A DNA stretch of 59,567 nucleotides from an uncultured Bacilli bacterium (GTDB lineage: Bacteria > Bacillota_I > Bacilli_A > RF39 > UBA660), in the NCBI GenBank assembly GCA_947625635.1, contig CANQPA010000003.1, forward strand, positions 1 to 59,567, read 5' to 3'. Positions 39,060 to 48,447 of the stretch are shown here, in pieces. The position numbers and the translations under genes were made by a program. Numbering within the stretch: position 1 is the stretch's first letter; each line of letters starts with the position of its first letter. Below the pieces are notes generated by a model. That model did no database searches, was not told the origin of the DNA, and saw only the letters and a program-made list of their open reading frames with translations.

Positions 39060-39088
39060 ATTATACAAAAAAAAAAAGGAATTTACAA
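39060..39088 (-). promoter_or_regulatory. Pilin-pair promoter with T11 in the spacer
   Basis: TTGTAA-(ATTCC T11 G)-TATAAT, 17-bp spacer. Confidence 0.55.
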
Positions 39089-39097
39089 GACATGACT

Positions 39098-39280
39098 TCA
39101 TCTAGTCTTGAAATTATTTTTTTCTAATTCTTTTTTTAATAGCATATCCGATAATTTTTTCTTTATTTCATTTCTTTTTGCTATATAATCATCATACAAT
39201 TCTACCCTTTTCTTTGGATCGTTACTCATATATTCAAAATTTAATTTAAACAATTCTTTTTTTGCTTCTTCTTCTGTCAT
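39098..39280 (-). CDS. Small hypothetical protein
   Basis: 60 aa, ATGA overlap with the upstream hydrolase, GAGGA RBS. Confidence 0.6.
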   Translation of the reverse strand: MTEEEAKKELFKLNFEYMSNDPKKRVELYDDYIAKRNEIKKKLSDMLLKKELEKNNFKTR

Positions 39281-39993
39281 AAATTTTCAATTCCTCTCAT
39301 TATTTTACCTTTCAAAAATTTTTCTACTAACTTGTTAATTTCTAATTTATTTTTTCCCCTAAACACATCATGTGTTACATCATTCACAAATATTAATTTT
39401 TTCATTTTCGACTTTACAGAGTCATATACATACCTTGATGATGTAATTGGAACTAAATTATCGTTTTTACCTTGAATTATTAAAATAGGACAAGTAACAT
39501 CGGCAACACAATCATAATATTTTTTTATTAATTCCATAAATTCTTTAATGACTCTAGGATTTAGCTTACTTATCCTAGATAATACCTCTTCTGTTCCATA
39601 AGTTTTTACAACTTTTGGTGCCATCTTTAATGATCCAGAAATGTTTATATTTTCCTTTATTACGTTTAAATATTGAAAAGCAGGAGCAGCTAAAACTAAT
39701 TTTTTTACTTCTTTATATTTAGTAGCAATATAGCTAGCTATTACTCCTCCCATACTATGACCAATTAAATATATAGATCCATATCCATTATTAATTAACC
39801 ATTTTACCTGATTTTCACTAGCATCTATCCATTCTTGATATTTTACTTTCCCTAAATTTTTTTCATGACCAGGAAGAGTAAATTGATATACATCAAAATT
39901 TCTATTTAATTCCAAATAATTGGCTAATTCTTCCTCATCATAAGTTCCACCGGCAAATCCGTGTATAATAAGTACAGCTTTTCTAAACATCAT
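39277..39993 (-). CDS. Alpha/beta hydrolase (carboxylesterase, YvaK-like)
   Basis: IHGF.G, LPGH, GHSMGG, QG..D..VP, C-terminal His. Confidence 0.88.
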   Translation of the reverse strand: MMFRKAVLIIHGFAGGTYDEEELANYLELNRNFDVYQFTLPGHEKNLGKVKYQEWIDASENQVKWLINNGYGSIYLIGHSMGGVIASYIATKYKEVKKLVLAAPAFQYLNVIKENINISGSLKMAPKVVKTYGTEEVLSRISKLNPRVIKEFMELIKKYYDCVADVTCPILIIQGKNDNLVPITSSRYVYDSVKSKMKKLIFVNDVTHDVFRGKNKLEINKLVEKFLKGKIMRGIENL

Positions 39994-40078
39994 AACATAT
40001 CCTTACTTTCTATGTTAATTATATCACAATACATAATTTATTGTATACAAAAAAAGTTGAAAATTTACAACTTCTTAC

Positions 40079-40549
40079 TTAATTAATAGCCAATATTTTA
40101 ACATCATATTTGCCATTTGGACTTTCTACTGAAACAATTTCTCCAACTTTTAGTCCCATAATAGCTTTAGCAATTGGGGATTCATTAGATATTTTATTTG
40201 TAAATGGATCAGCTTCTTTACTCCCCACTATAGAATATTCTTCCTTCTCTTCATCATCTATATACTCCAAAGTTACCTTAGAACCTATAGATACAGTATC
40301 TGTATCAACCTTTTTTATAACAACAGCACTTTCCACCATAGCTTCTAATTCCTTTATTCTTGACTCAACAATAGCCTGCTCATTACGTGCTGCATCATAC
40401 TCAGCATTTTCACTTAAATCTCCTTGAGCACGTGCATCTTTTAAAGCATTAATGACTTCAGGCCTTTTTACCAATTTCAACTCTTCTAATTCTTTCTTTA
40501 TTTCATCCAACCCATCCTGTGTCAAATATAATTCTTTTTTTTCAGACAT
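40079..40549 (-). CDS. greA: Transcription elongation factor GreA
   Basis: AR.QGDLSENAEYDAA, ISNESPI; start moved to 40549. Confidence 0.97.
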   Translation of the reverse strand: MSEKKELYLTQDGLDEIKKELEELKLVKRPEVINALKDARAQGDLSENAEYDAARNEQAIVESRIKELEAMVESAVVIKKVDTDTVSIGSKVTLEYIDDEEKEEYSIVGSKEADPFTNKISNESPIAKAIMGLKVGEIVSVESPNGKYDVKILAIN

Positions 40550-40606
40550 AACGTTCACCTCATTTTTCATAAGCATACAAAATGATACTACATATTTTAT
40601 ATTTTG

Positions 40607-41809
40607 TCAACTATTTTTTATTCTAATCATATCATATTTTTCAAGATTATCATTTATTCTTATTTTCACCACTTGTTTTGGGTGTCTAACAATTTCTATT
40701 AAATGATTATCTTTATCATATATATCATTGAAAACATATGTGATAGTTTCATGATGTGGTCCAAATATTTCAACAATATCGCCCTTTTTAAAATAATTTC
40801 TCTGTTCTATAGTAGCAATGTTATTTTTTCTATCATAATCAATTACAATACCCAAAAAATCTTGATTAGACACCTCTATTCTACCATTATAGTAACTGCA
40901 AGTAGAATCATATATACCATTAAAAAATTGTGGTATAGAATCTCTATTAGCGCATTTGTTTAATATTTTTTCATCTTCCATATTATATTTATATTCTTTT
41001 TTATTATTATAATACTCGTCAATAGCCTTCCTATAGATCGATACTACAGTTGCTATATAATATAATGAGCGCATTCTTCCTTCTATCTTGAAGGATTTGA
41101 TCCCCATATCTATCATATCTTTTAAATATTTAAGCATTGATAAATCCTTAGAACAAAAGGTAAATGGTCTATCTCCTTTTATTGGTTTTTTAGATTGATT
41201 TAATAATTCAAAATCCCATCTACAAATTTGACTACATCCACCACGATTTGCATCTCTATTAGTAAGGAAATTAGACATTACACATCTTCCACTGTATCCA
41301 GCGCACATTGCACCGTGTATAAATGTTTCAATTTCTATATCTACATTATCTATTATATCCTTAATGTCATTTTTCGTGCATTCACGAGCAAGTACTATTC
41401 TACTAACACCTTGATTTTTCCAAAATTTACAGGCTTCTTTATTTATCGTACTAGCTTGTGTAGATAAATGAACCACTAAATTTGTTTTTTGTAATGCAGT
41501 TTTTATAACTATAGGATCACTTGCTATAATGGCGTCAATTTTACACCTTTCTAACCTTTTTAAATACTTTTCTATATAATTTAATTCTTCATTATGCATA
41601 ACTATATTAACAGTTACATAAACTTTTTTATTTATTGAATGAGCAAATCTTACAGCTTCTTTTATTTCATCAGTAGTAAAATTAATAGCGTTTGCTCTTA
41701 AATTTAAAGAATCTCCACCGATATATACTGCATCAGCCCCATAAAGTAAGGCTATTTTAAGTCTTTCTAAATCTCCAGCTGGAGCAAGTAATTCACATTT
41801 ATTATTCAT
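40607..41809 (-). CDS. U32 family tRNA hydroxylation protein (YrrO/TrhP2-like)
   Basis: ELLAPAG, HGAMC.GYSGRC, NRGGC.Q.CRW, KIEGRM; yrrN-yrrO-greA order. Confidence 0.9.
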   Translation of the reverse strand: MNNKCELLAPAGDLERLKIALLYGADAVYIGGDSLNLRANAINFTTDEIKEAVRFAHSINKKVYVTVNIVMHNEELNYIEKYLKRLERCKIDAIIASDPIVIKTALQKTNLVVHLSTQASTINKEACKFWKNQGVSRIVLARECTKNDIKDIIDNVDIEIETFIHGAMCAGYSGRCVMSNFLTNRDANRGGCSQICRWDFELLNQSKKPIKGDRPFTFCSKDLSMLKYLKDMIDMGIKSFKIEGRMRSLYYIATVVSIYRKAIDEYYNNKKEYKYNMEDEKILNKCANRDSIPQFFNGIYDSTCSYYNGRIEVSNQDFLGIVIDYDRKNNIATIEQRNYFKKGDIVEIFGPHHETITYVFNDIYDKDNHLIEIVRHPKQVVKIRINDNLEKYDMIRIKNS

Positions 41810-42659
41810 GTTTTTTCACCTTATATATAGTTTTAGTATTTAAAAATCCAGTATCAACATTAAAAAACATAGAGTTAATCTTTTTTTCAAATTCATTAAA
41901 ATTCTGTTTATTAACTGATTTAAATAATTTAATTACTTCCATAAAAAGTTTAACATTTATTCCAAAACTATTTAAGACAATATAGTCTACATCAAGATTC
42001 ACATAAGTTTTTATACCATTTAATATATTATTAGAATATACATAAGTACCAACACTATTATCAATTATAGGATATAATTTACCTTCTTTTTTAATATAAT
42101 TAACCTTAGATGTATCTTCTAAATTAAAGTAATCTAAATAATTTTTTACAATATGTCTTTCTGAAACAAACATAGGTAAATAGCCAAACATATTTACAAT
42201 TAATTTCGATTTTGATTTTTTTGAAATTATATTTATTTCTTCTTCTGTTATATCGCTAGATATATAAGTATATTTTACGTTAAAATCATACCAATAGTTA
42301 ATTGTACTATAATTTGTAGTTAAATGCTCTTGGGCCCATACTAAGTCATAATTTAAATCTAAAGAATTATATATATTTAAAATTCCTACATCATAATATA
42401 ATACACCCTTTATGTTATATTGATTTAATTTTATTAACAAGTCTTTTATATCATCTAATTCATTATTGTGAATATTTTTATTTACACACACAAAAATATC
42501 TTTATTTTTAAAACAATTCAATATTGATAAATCGTTCACATTTATACACATACTAACATTTACACAAAAATTATCTATTCCTATTATAAATCCATCTATC
42601 AAGTTTTTTAATTTTTTCATTTCACTAATACTAGATGGAGCAACTAATATTTTTGACAT
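41802..42659 (-). CDS. U32 family protein (YrrN/TrhP1-like)
   Basis: Divergent U32 pattern (D.GI, LTTNY, DTGFL); paired with the YrrO-like gene; start moved to 42659. Confidence 0.75.
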   Translation of the reverse strand: MSKILVAPSSISEMKKLKNLIDGFIIGIDNFCVNVSMCINVNDLSILNCFKNKDIFVCVNKNIHNNELDDIKDLLIKLNQYNIKGVLYYDVGILNIYNSLDLNYDLVWAQEHLTTNYSTINYWYDFNVKYTYISSDITEEEINIISKKSKSKLIVNMFGYLPMFVSERHIVKNYLDYFNLEDTSKVNYIKKEGKLYPIIDNSVGTYVYSNNILNGIKTYVNLDVDYIVLNSFGINVKLFMEVIKLFKSVNKQNFNEFEKKINSMFFNVDTGFLNTKTIYKVKKHE

Positions 42660-42739
42660 AAAACCATCTCCATAAAAAAAAGACGCATCACTTTTTCTGA
42701 AACGCCTTAATATTAACATACAATTACAATTTTGTCAAA

Positions 42740-43732
42740 CTAATCAGATGAATTATCTTTACAATCTATTGAACTTCCATCTAATTTAGTACAAATTGTA
42801 GTAGAACCTACATATGTTTTATAATAAGTATCTACTTCACAATTATTGTTAAGGAAACAATTAGCACATGTTCTTACACCACTTTGATCCTCACCATCAG
42901 CAACTTTAGATATTACAAACTGTACTATGGATACTATAAAGAATACTATTGCTGCCGCAATTATCCTTCTAACTAATGAGGATTGAGCTTTCTTTATATC
43001 ATCTTCTTTTGAAGCTGCCAAGGCCTTTAGAAGAGATATAACACTGACAACTATCAATATTATTGGAGTTGCAATTTTTAATAAATTAACAACAAAACTT
43101 GTAAGTTCTGGAACCTGACTAGGAATATCAAAAGCCCCACCACATGATACATATTGTAATTTGTCTGTATTACAATACCCTTCCTTACCAGTCTTTCTTT
43201 TAAATTCATCACTATATTCATTCCATACACATGAAAAATATCTATCATTTTCACAAGAAGTTTTATCTTGAAGTTCTGCGCATGATGAGGTTTCCTCTTG
43301 CTCAGGATTATCGATTTGTTTTTCTTTTTCAAATATAATTTTGTTTCCACAAGGCTCACTAGTGTCCACCCCATGATAAGAATTCTGAACTACATTAGTT
43401 TTAGGATTTTTAGCATCTTCCAAAGTATCATAAAAATAAACAGATGCTTTGGCACGACCATTATAACATACTGTGGCATACTCTTTACAACTTTCAGAAG
43501 TTTTATCACTACTGGTATTGATCGACTCATTTTTTGGAATTAAAGTTGATATATCAGTAATATTAACATCTTCTATGGTAGGTTTCTCGTAACCACCCGC
43601 CCATTTAAGTTTAAACGAACCAGTTCTATTTTCATCATTCGATAAATATGTACAACTTTTTGCACTTGTCTCAATCATAAATCCAAAAGAAATAAAGAAT
43701 GCAAACAATAATATTAATATTTTTTTCTTCAT
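42740..43732 (-). CDS. Secreted Cys-rich protein with a VirB2/TrbC-like pilin hairpin
   Basis: Signal peptide, many Cys, two TM helices joined by KALAASKEDDIKKAQSSLVRRIIAA, Cys-rich tail. Confidence 0.7.
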   Translation of the reverse strand: MKKKILILLFAFFISFGFMIETSAKSCTYLSNDENRTGSFKLKWAGGYEKPTIEDVNITDISTLIPKNESINTSSDKTSESCKEYATVCYNGRAKASVYFYDTLEDAKNPKTNVVQNSYHGVDTSEPCGNKIIFEKEKQIDNPEQEETSSCAELQDKTSCENDRYFSCVWNEYSDEFKRKTGKEGYCNTDKLQYVSCGGAFDIPSQVPELTSFVVNLLKIATPIILIVVSVISLLKALAASKEDDIKKAQSSLVRRIIAAAIVFFIVSIVQFVISKVADGEDQSGVRTCANCFLNNNCEVDTYYKTYVGSTTICTKLDGSSIDCKDNSSD

Positions 43733-44292
43733 AAGATCTCCCCTATATCACCATTTTTTACTAAGTGTGCATTTGCATCATCCGTATCCAAATGAAGTTC
43801 AAAATATGAATCTTCACTTACTTTTAAATATACATTAGTTATTATTCCACCCTTTTCACCACTTATTTTAACATTAACTTTTTCTTTACCTTCTAATCCA
43901 TACATTCTAATTTGACTAGGTAAAATGTGAATGTGTCTAGTTGCAATTATGCAGCCCTCTTCTATTTGTACACTTCCCTTTGGCCCAACTATGAGTATTG
44001 AGCTACTATTTTTTAAATCACCTGAATTTCTAATTGGTGGATTAATTCCCAATTTATATGCATCAGTTTTACTTATTTCTACTTGAGTATAACTTCTAAC
44101 AGGACCAAGTACCCTTACATTATTTATTTCTGATTTATTAGTTTTTAAAGTAACTAAGGCAGTTGATGAAAACTGACCTGGTTGATTCAAATCACTTTTT
44201 TTTTCTAATTCATAATCATTTCCAAACAAAATATACAAATGTTCTTTTTTTAAATGTACATGTCTATTTGATACTCCTATACTTACTTTCAC
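43729..44292 (-). CDS. pduL: Phosphate propanoyl/acetyltransferase PduL
   Basis: VSNRHVHL, L.QPGQF, RHIH, LHLDTDDANA. Confidence 0.93.
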   Translation of the reverse strand: MKVSIGVSNRHVHLKKEHLYILFGNDYELEKKSDLNQPGQFSSTALVTLKTNKSEINNVRVLGPVRSYTQVEISKTDAYKLGINPPIRNSGDLKNSSSILIVGPKGSVQIEEGCIIATRHIHILPSQIRMYGLEGKEKVNVKISGEKGGIITNVYLKVSEDSYFELHLDTDDANAHLVKNGDIGEIL

Positions 44293-44361
44293 TGTATCAC
44301 CAATAATATTATAGCATATTTTATACGTTTTTTAAATATATTTTATAGAAAGGATGATTTT

Positions 44362-44766
44362 ATGAATAATAATTATTTAAATAATAATAAATTTTCAAAT
44401 CTTAGCACTTCAAATCCGCCAATATATTCAAATGGATTTCCAACACCAAATCAAACTACTGCACCAACTAATATGCAGGAATATGTGCCTAATGAACAAT
44501 CATATATAGAAAACATTTTAAGAGTAAATAAAGGTAAAAAAGTATCTGTATATCAATCTTTTGGAGATTCAACGGAATGGAAAGATAGAGTATTTACAGG
44601 AATTATAGAACAATCAGGTAGAGATCATATTATATTAAGTGATCCAACTACCGGTAATTGGTATTTACTATTAATGATTTATGTTAATTTCATAATATTT
44701 GATGAAGAGATTAATACAGTTCAACAATTTTATCCATCTACATCATTAAACACACAAATATCATAA
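44362..44766 (+). CDS. gerQ: Spore coat protein GerQ
   Basis: EQSYIENILR.NKGK, GRDHIILSDP.TG.WYLL. Confidence 0.92.
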   Translation: MNNNYLNNNKFSNLSTSNPPIYSNGFPTPNQTTAPTNMQEYVPNEQSYIENILRVNKGKKVSVYQSFGDSTEWKDRVFTGIIEQSGRDHIILSDPTTGNWYLLLMIYVNFIIFDEEINTVQQFYPSTSLNTQIS

Positions 44767-44820
44767 AAACTCTTGATTGATTTATTAGAATTTGCTATAA
44801 TGTTTTTAGGTTAGGTGATA

Positions 44821-45366
44821 ATGATGAACGTATTAATAGTGACGCTATCTGTTATAATAGTGATATGTTTGATATTAATTTTCTTAATCGCTACATATAA
44901 TCATTTTCAAGATTATATTATAAGAATAAATGAAGCTGATGTAAATATAGATGCTGTTTTAAGAAAAAGATTTGATCTGTTAAATAAATCTATTGGAATA
45001 ATTAAGGCAAATATAAAAACAGAAGATGAAATATTAGATATAATTGTTAAACTTAGATCCAAAAAATTAAATAATTTTGAACTTGATAGAAGTTTATACG
45101 ATGCTATTAATGAGTTTCATACTTTAAAAGAAAAATATCCTGAATTACAAGATTGCAAAGAATTCGTAAAGATTGAAATTAATCTAATGGAATCTGAATC
45201 AGAAATTGTTGGACTTAGAAAATATTACAATGATATAATTACGGATTATAATAAATTAGTAAAAACTTGCCCATCAAATATAATATCTATATTGAAAGGA
45301 TACAAACCTAAAGACTATTTTGATGGTAATAATATTGAAAACGAAAAAGGAACTGTAAAATTATGA
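44821..45366 (+). CDS. LemA family protein
   Basis: N-terminal TM, YN, ID..L.KRFDL, EKYPEL, RKYYND. Confidence 0.85.
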   Translation: MMNVLIVTLSVIIVICLILIFLIATYNHFQDYIIRINEADVNIDAVLRKRFDLLNKSIGIIKANIKTEDEILDIIVKLRSKKLNNFELDRSLYDAINEFHTLKEKYPELQDCKEFVKIEINLMESESEIVGLRKYYNDIITDYNKLVKTCPSNIISILKGYKPKDYFDGNNIENEKGTVKL

Positions 45367-45374
45367 AGTTCCTT

Positions 45375-45830
45375 TTATTTTTTTCTCTTCTTAGATTTTT
45401 TTCTACCCTTTGACAATATATATATAAATATCAAAAGCATAAGAAAACTTAGGCCTAATATTATATAATTTTTATTTATTTTTATGGATAATGCATCAAT
45501 TGTATCAAGAGTATCTATTGCATTTTTATATTCATCATCATCCATTTGGATTATATATTCTCCATCCTTAGAATATAGATAATTTTCCCTTGCATAATTT
45601 GCTAAATAATTTGGATCATTTAATTTTTCTATATCTATCTTAAGCTGGTCTGCTTTGTCTTGCAAGGCTAAATATGACTTTTCTAGCTCATTTTTTTTAC
45701 TAGTCAAATCATAAATTGTATATGCATTGTATACCAAACTAAAAACAAAATACACTACAGCTATCAAGCTTACTGTTCCAAACAAAGTAAGACGCCTTTT
45801 TGAAGCCCTTGATATTCTTCTTTTAGTCAT
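45375..45830 (-). CDS. divIC: Septum formation initiator DivIC/FtsB family
   Basis: TM plus coiled coil, L.DP.Y...YARE.Y..SKDGE; follows yabP-yabQ. Confidence 0.85.
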   Translation of the reverse strand: MTKRRISRASKRRLTLFGTVSLIAVVYFVFSLVYNAYTIYDLTSKKNELEKSYLALQDKADQLKIDIEKLNDPNYLANYARENYLYSKDGEYIIQMDDDEYKNAIDTLDTIDALSIKINKNYIILGLSFLMLLIFIYILSKGRKKSKKRKK

Positions 45831-45853
45831 GCATTATCACCAAATATAGTATA

Positions 45854-46141
45854 TCATTTTTTATTACTATTTGCAATGTAATTTATTATTATATCATACA
45901 TAACAAAGCCAATAATTATACTGAAAATTGAATATATATGAAATATAGCATTTCCTATTTTTAATATTCCTATAAAATATAAAATAGTAACAATAATAAT
46001 TAAGAAAACAGAGAAAAATAATTTCATATGCATAGAATATTTAATTATTTTTTCATTAAACCACTCAATCAAAGCAGAGAAAAGAAAACCAAATATAAAT
46101 GAAAAAATAATTAGATTAATCTGTAATTTTAAATCTATCAT
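45854..46141 (-). CDS. yabQ: Spore cortex protein YabQ-like (short)
   Basis: Hydrophobic 95 aa between yabP and divIC. Confidence 0.65.
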   Translation of the reverse strand: MIDLKLQINLIIFSFIFGFLFSALIEWFNEKIIKYSMHMKLFFSVFLIIIVTILYFIGILKIGNAIFHIYSIFSIIIGFVMYDIIINYIANSNKK

Positions 46142-46422
46142 TTAAATAATTTTGAAAATATACTTTCTTGTTTTTCTTGCTTCCTTGATGATTCTGTATA
46201 ATTCATACTATCAATTTTACCTTTTATTGACACATCTCCTTGATATGTATCTAATTTTATTATTTCTAAATTAGATCCTTTTATCATTAAATATCCCATA
46301 TTAGTTTCAAGTAAAAATTCTGATTCATCAAAATTATCTATTTTTTTAACTCCAGTAATACTTATATTTTTTCTTTGATTAATATTTATTGTATGACTAC
46401 CTGATAATATATCCTTGTCCAT
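46138..46422 (-). CDS. yabP: Sporulation protein YabP
   Basis: H.I....R..I.ITGV..I.NFD, L.IKG.NL.I, SIFSKLFK. Confidence 0.9.
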   Translation of the reverse strand: MDKDILSGSHTININQRKNISITGVKKIDNFDESEFLLETNMGYLMIKGSNLEIIKLDTYQGDVSIKGKIDSMNYTESSRKQEKQESIFSKLFK

Positions 46423-46437
46423 TGTATCACCCGATAA

Positions 46438-46465
46438 ATAATATGCAATTTAAATTTATATATGA
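46438..46465 (-). promoter_or_regulatory. SigE-like promoter of yabP
   Basis: TCATA-N15-CATATTAT. Confidence 0.45.
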
Positions 46466-46474
46466 AAAAAAACT

Positions 46475-46741
46475 CTAATGAGTTTCTTCTTCTTCTTTAT
46501 TATATTCTTCAAATATTGCATCTTCAAACATTTTTCTTGTTTCAACATTAATTGGATGAGCTATATCATGATATTCACCCTCTGCATTTTTTCTGCTTGG
46601 CATTGCAATGAACAATCCATCTTTACCTTCAATTATTCTGATATCACGAACAACAAAACAATCATCTAATAATACTGATGCAATTCCTTTCATTCTCGTA
46701 TCATCATTTTTTTTGTGAACATTTACTGACGTAATTTTCAT
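46475..46741 (-). CDS. spoVG: Septation regulator SpoVG
   Basis: MKITSV, IRIIEG..GLFIAMPSRK, DIAHPIN. Confidence 0.96.
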   Translation of the reverse strand: MKITSVNVHKKNDDTRMKGIASVLLDDCFVVRDIRIIEGKDGLFIAMPSRKNAEGEYHDIAHPINVETRKMFEDAIFEEYNKEEEETH

Positions 46742-46851
46742 AAAACCATCTCCTTCTTGTACCATTCACATAATTAGTATATAATAAATAAATCAAAAAT
46801 GCAAGTATTATAAAGCATAAGCATCATTTTTTTTATAAAATAATACGTATT

Positions 46852-47301
46852 TCAGGTTAAATTATCATATTTTAATGTTTTATTTATTTCACGTTTAACA
46901 TCTTTATCCTTTATTGCCTGACGTTTATCATAATTTTTTTTACCTTTACAAATTCCAAGTAATATTTTTACCTTATTATTTTTAAAATATAATTTCAAAG
47001 GTACTAAAGTAAAACCATTTATATCAATTTTATCTCTTAATTTTAAAATTTCTTTTTTTTTCAATAAAAGTTTTCTTGTTCTTCTTTCATCATGATTAAA
47101 TATACTTCCATTTTCATATTTTCCTATATACATATTAAGCAAAAATACCTCGCCATTTTTAACAACAGCGTAGCAATCTTTTAAATTACAAAGTCCATTT
47201 CTAATTGATTTAATTTCAGTTCCTTTAAGTACTATTCCACATTCTATTTCGTCAGATATAAAATAATCATAATATGCTTTTTTATTAGTAACTTCAATCA
47301 T
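46852..47301 (-). CDS. smpB: SsrA-binding protein
   Basis: NKKAYYDY, GIVLKGTEIKSIR, RTRKLLL, KGKKNYDKR. Confidence 0.97.
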   Translation of the reverse strand: MIEVTNKKAYYDYFISDEIECGIVLKGTEIKSIRNGLCNLKDCYAVVKNGEVFLLNMYIGKYENGSIFNHDERRTRKLLLKKKEILKLRDKIDINGFTLVPLKLYFKNNKVKILLGICKGKKNYDKRQAIKDKDVKREINKTLKYDNLT

Positions 47302-48445
47302 ATAATACCTCAGCATTTACTATATCCATATATTCCTGCTCTATTTTGTCATGCCCATTTAATACATCATCTGTTAAATTATCAAAAGGTATTACCTTAT
47401 AATTTCTTATATCATTTACACAATATGTATATAAAAGTTTATAATCAATATTTTCAAACGTAACTTTTTTATCTTTAACTACAATATCCATTCCTACCAT
47501 AAGACCTATTATTTTATCAAGGCCCAAAGGACTTTGACCAGATATAAAATTACCAAGTGAATATATTACTAAAGTATCGTTTACATAATCGACAGGCATT
47601 ATAACGTGTGGATGGGAACCTATTATTAAGTTAACACCTAAACTTGATAAATACTGTGCTTCTTTTTTTTGCGAATATGTTGGAGTATGAGTGTATTCTT
47701 CTCCCCAATGCATGGCAACTATTACAACATCTACTTTATCTCTAACACTTTCAATATCGATTTTTGCTTGTTCATCAGAATATACATTTACTAAATATTC
47801 CTTACCAGCTGGTACTGGTAATCCATTTGTCATTTCTGTATAAGATATGAACGCATATTTTATTCCATTTTGTTCATATATTTTTATATTATCTCTGTCT
47901 TCAAATGAATCAGATTGACCACTTACAACTACATCTTTATTTCTCCAAAAATTTACAGAATAAAGAATTCCCTCTTCACCCATATCCATAGTATGGTTGT
48001 TTGCCAAACTAACTAAATTGAAACCTATATCCATTAAATTTAGCGCTATTTCATCAGGTGAGTTAAATCTAGGATAATGCGATACACCTAAATTTTTGCC
48101 ACCAATTATAGTCTCTTGATTATAATATTTTAAATCATAATCTTTGATTAAAGGTGCGACTTCTGTAAACATTTTACTAAAGTCATAATTCCCACCTCCA
48201 ATATCTGCATCCATATACACAGCGCCATGTATTAAAGCATCCCCAACTGCCACCAATGACATCCTTTTTTCTTTAGACTGTGGAAGAGTATCTTGATTAG
48301 TTATTTGTTCTTGATTTTCTACACTTTCAGAATTTTTAATATTTCCAATTAATAATAATATACCCGAAACAATCAAGGCTACAATAACTAAAAATATAAT
48401 TATGAACAAAAATAATTTACCTTTTTTTAACTTCCTTTTTTTCAT
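47294..48445 (-). CDS. CapA/PgsA-family metallophosphoesterase, copy 1
   Basis: N-terminal TM; VGD.LIH, NQET, LANNH, MHWGEEY, GSHPHV, YSLGNF. Confidence 0.9.
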   Translation of the reverse strand: MKKRKLKKGKLFLFIIIFLVIVALIVSGILLLIGNIKNSESVENQEQITNQDTLPQSKEKRMSLVAVGDALIHGAVYMDADIGGGNYDFSKMFTEVAPLIKDYDLKYYNQETIIGGKNLGVSHYPRFNSPDEIALNLMDIGFNLVSLANNHTMDMGEEGILYSVNFWRNKDVVVSGQSDSFEDRDNIKIYEQNGIKYAFISYTEMTNGLPVPAGKEYLVNVYSDEQAKIDIESVRDKVDVVIVAMHWGEEYTHTPTYSQKKEAQYLSSLGVNLIIGSHPHVIMPVDYVNDTLVIYSLGNFISGQSPLGLDKIIGLMVGMDIVVKDKKVTFENIDYKLLYTYCVNDIRNYKVIPFDNLTDDVLNGHDKIEQEYMDIVNAEVLYD

Positions 48446-48447
48446 TA

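Noticed and set aside
42674-42708. Terminator-like hairpin just before the U32 operon RBS, as a possible attenuator or riboswitch
   Set aside because: The TTGACA-N17-TAATAT promoter (42738-42710) would start transcription inside the 5' arm, so the hairpin is better read as the terminator of the upstream gene.
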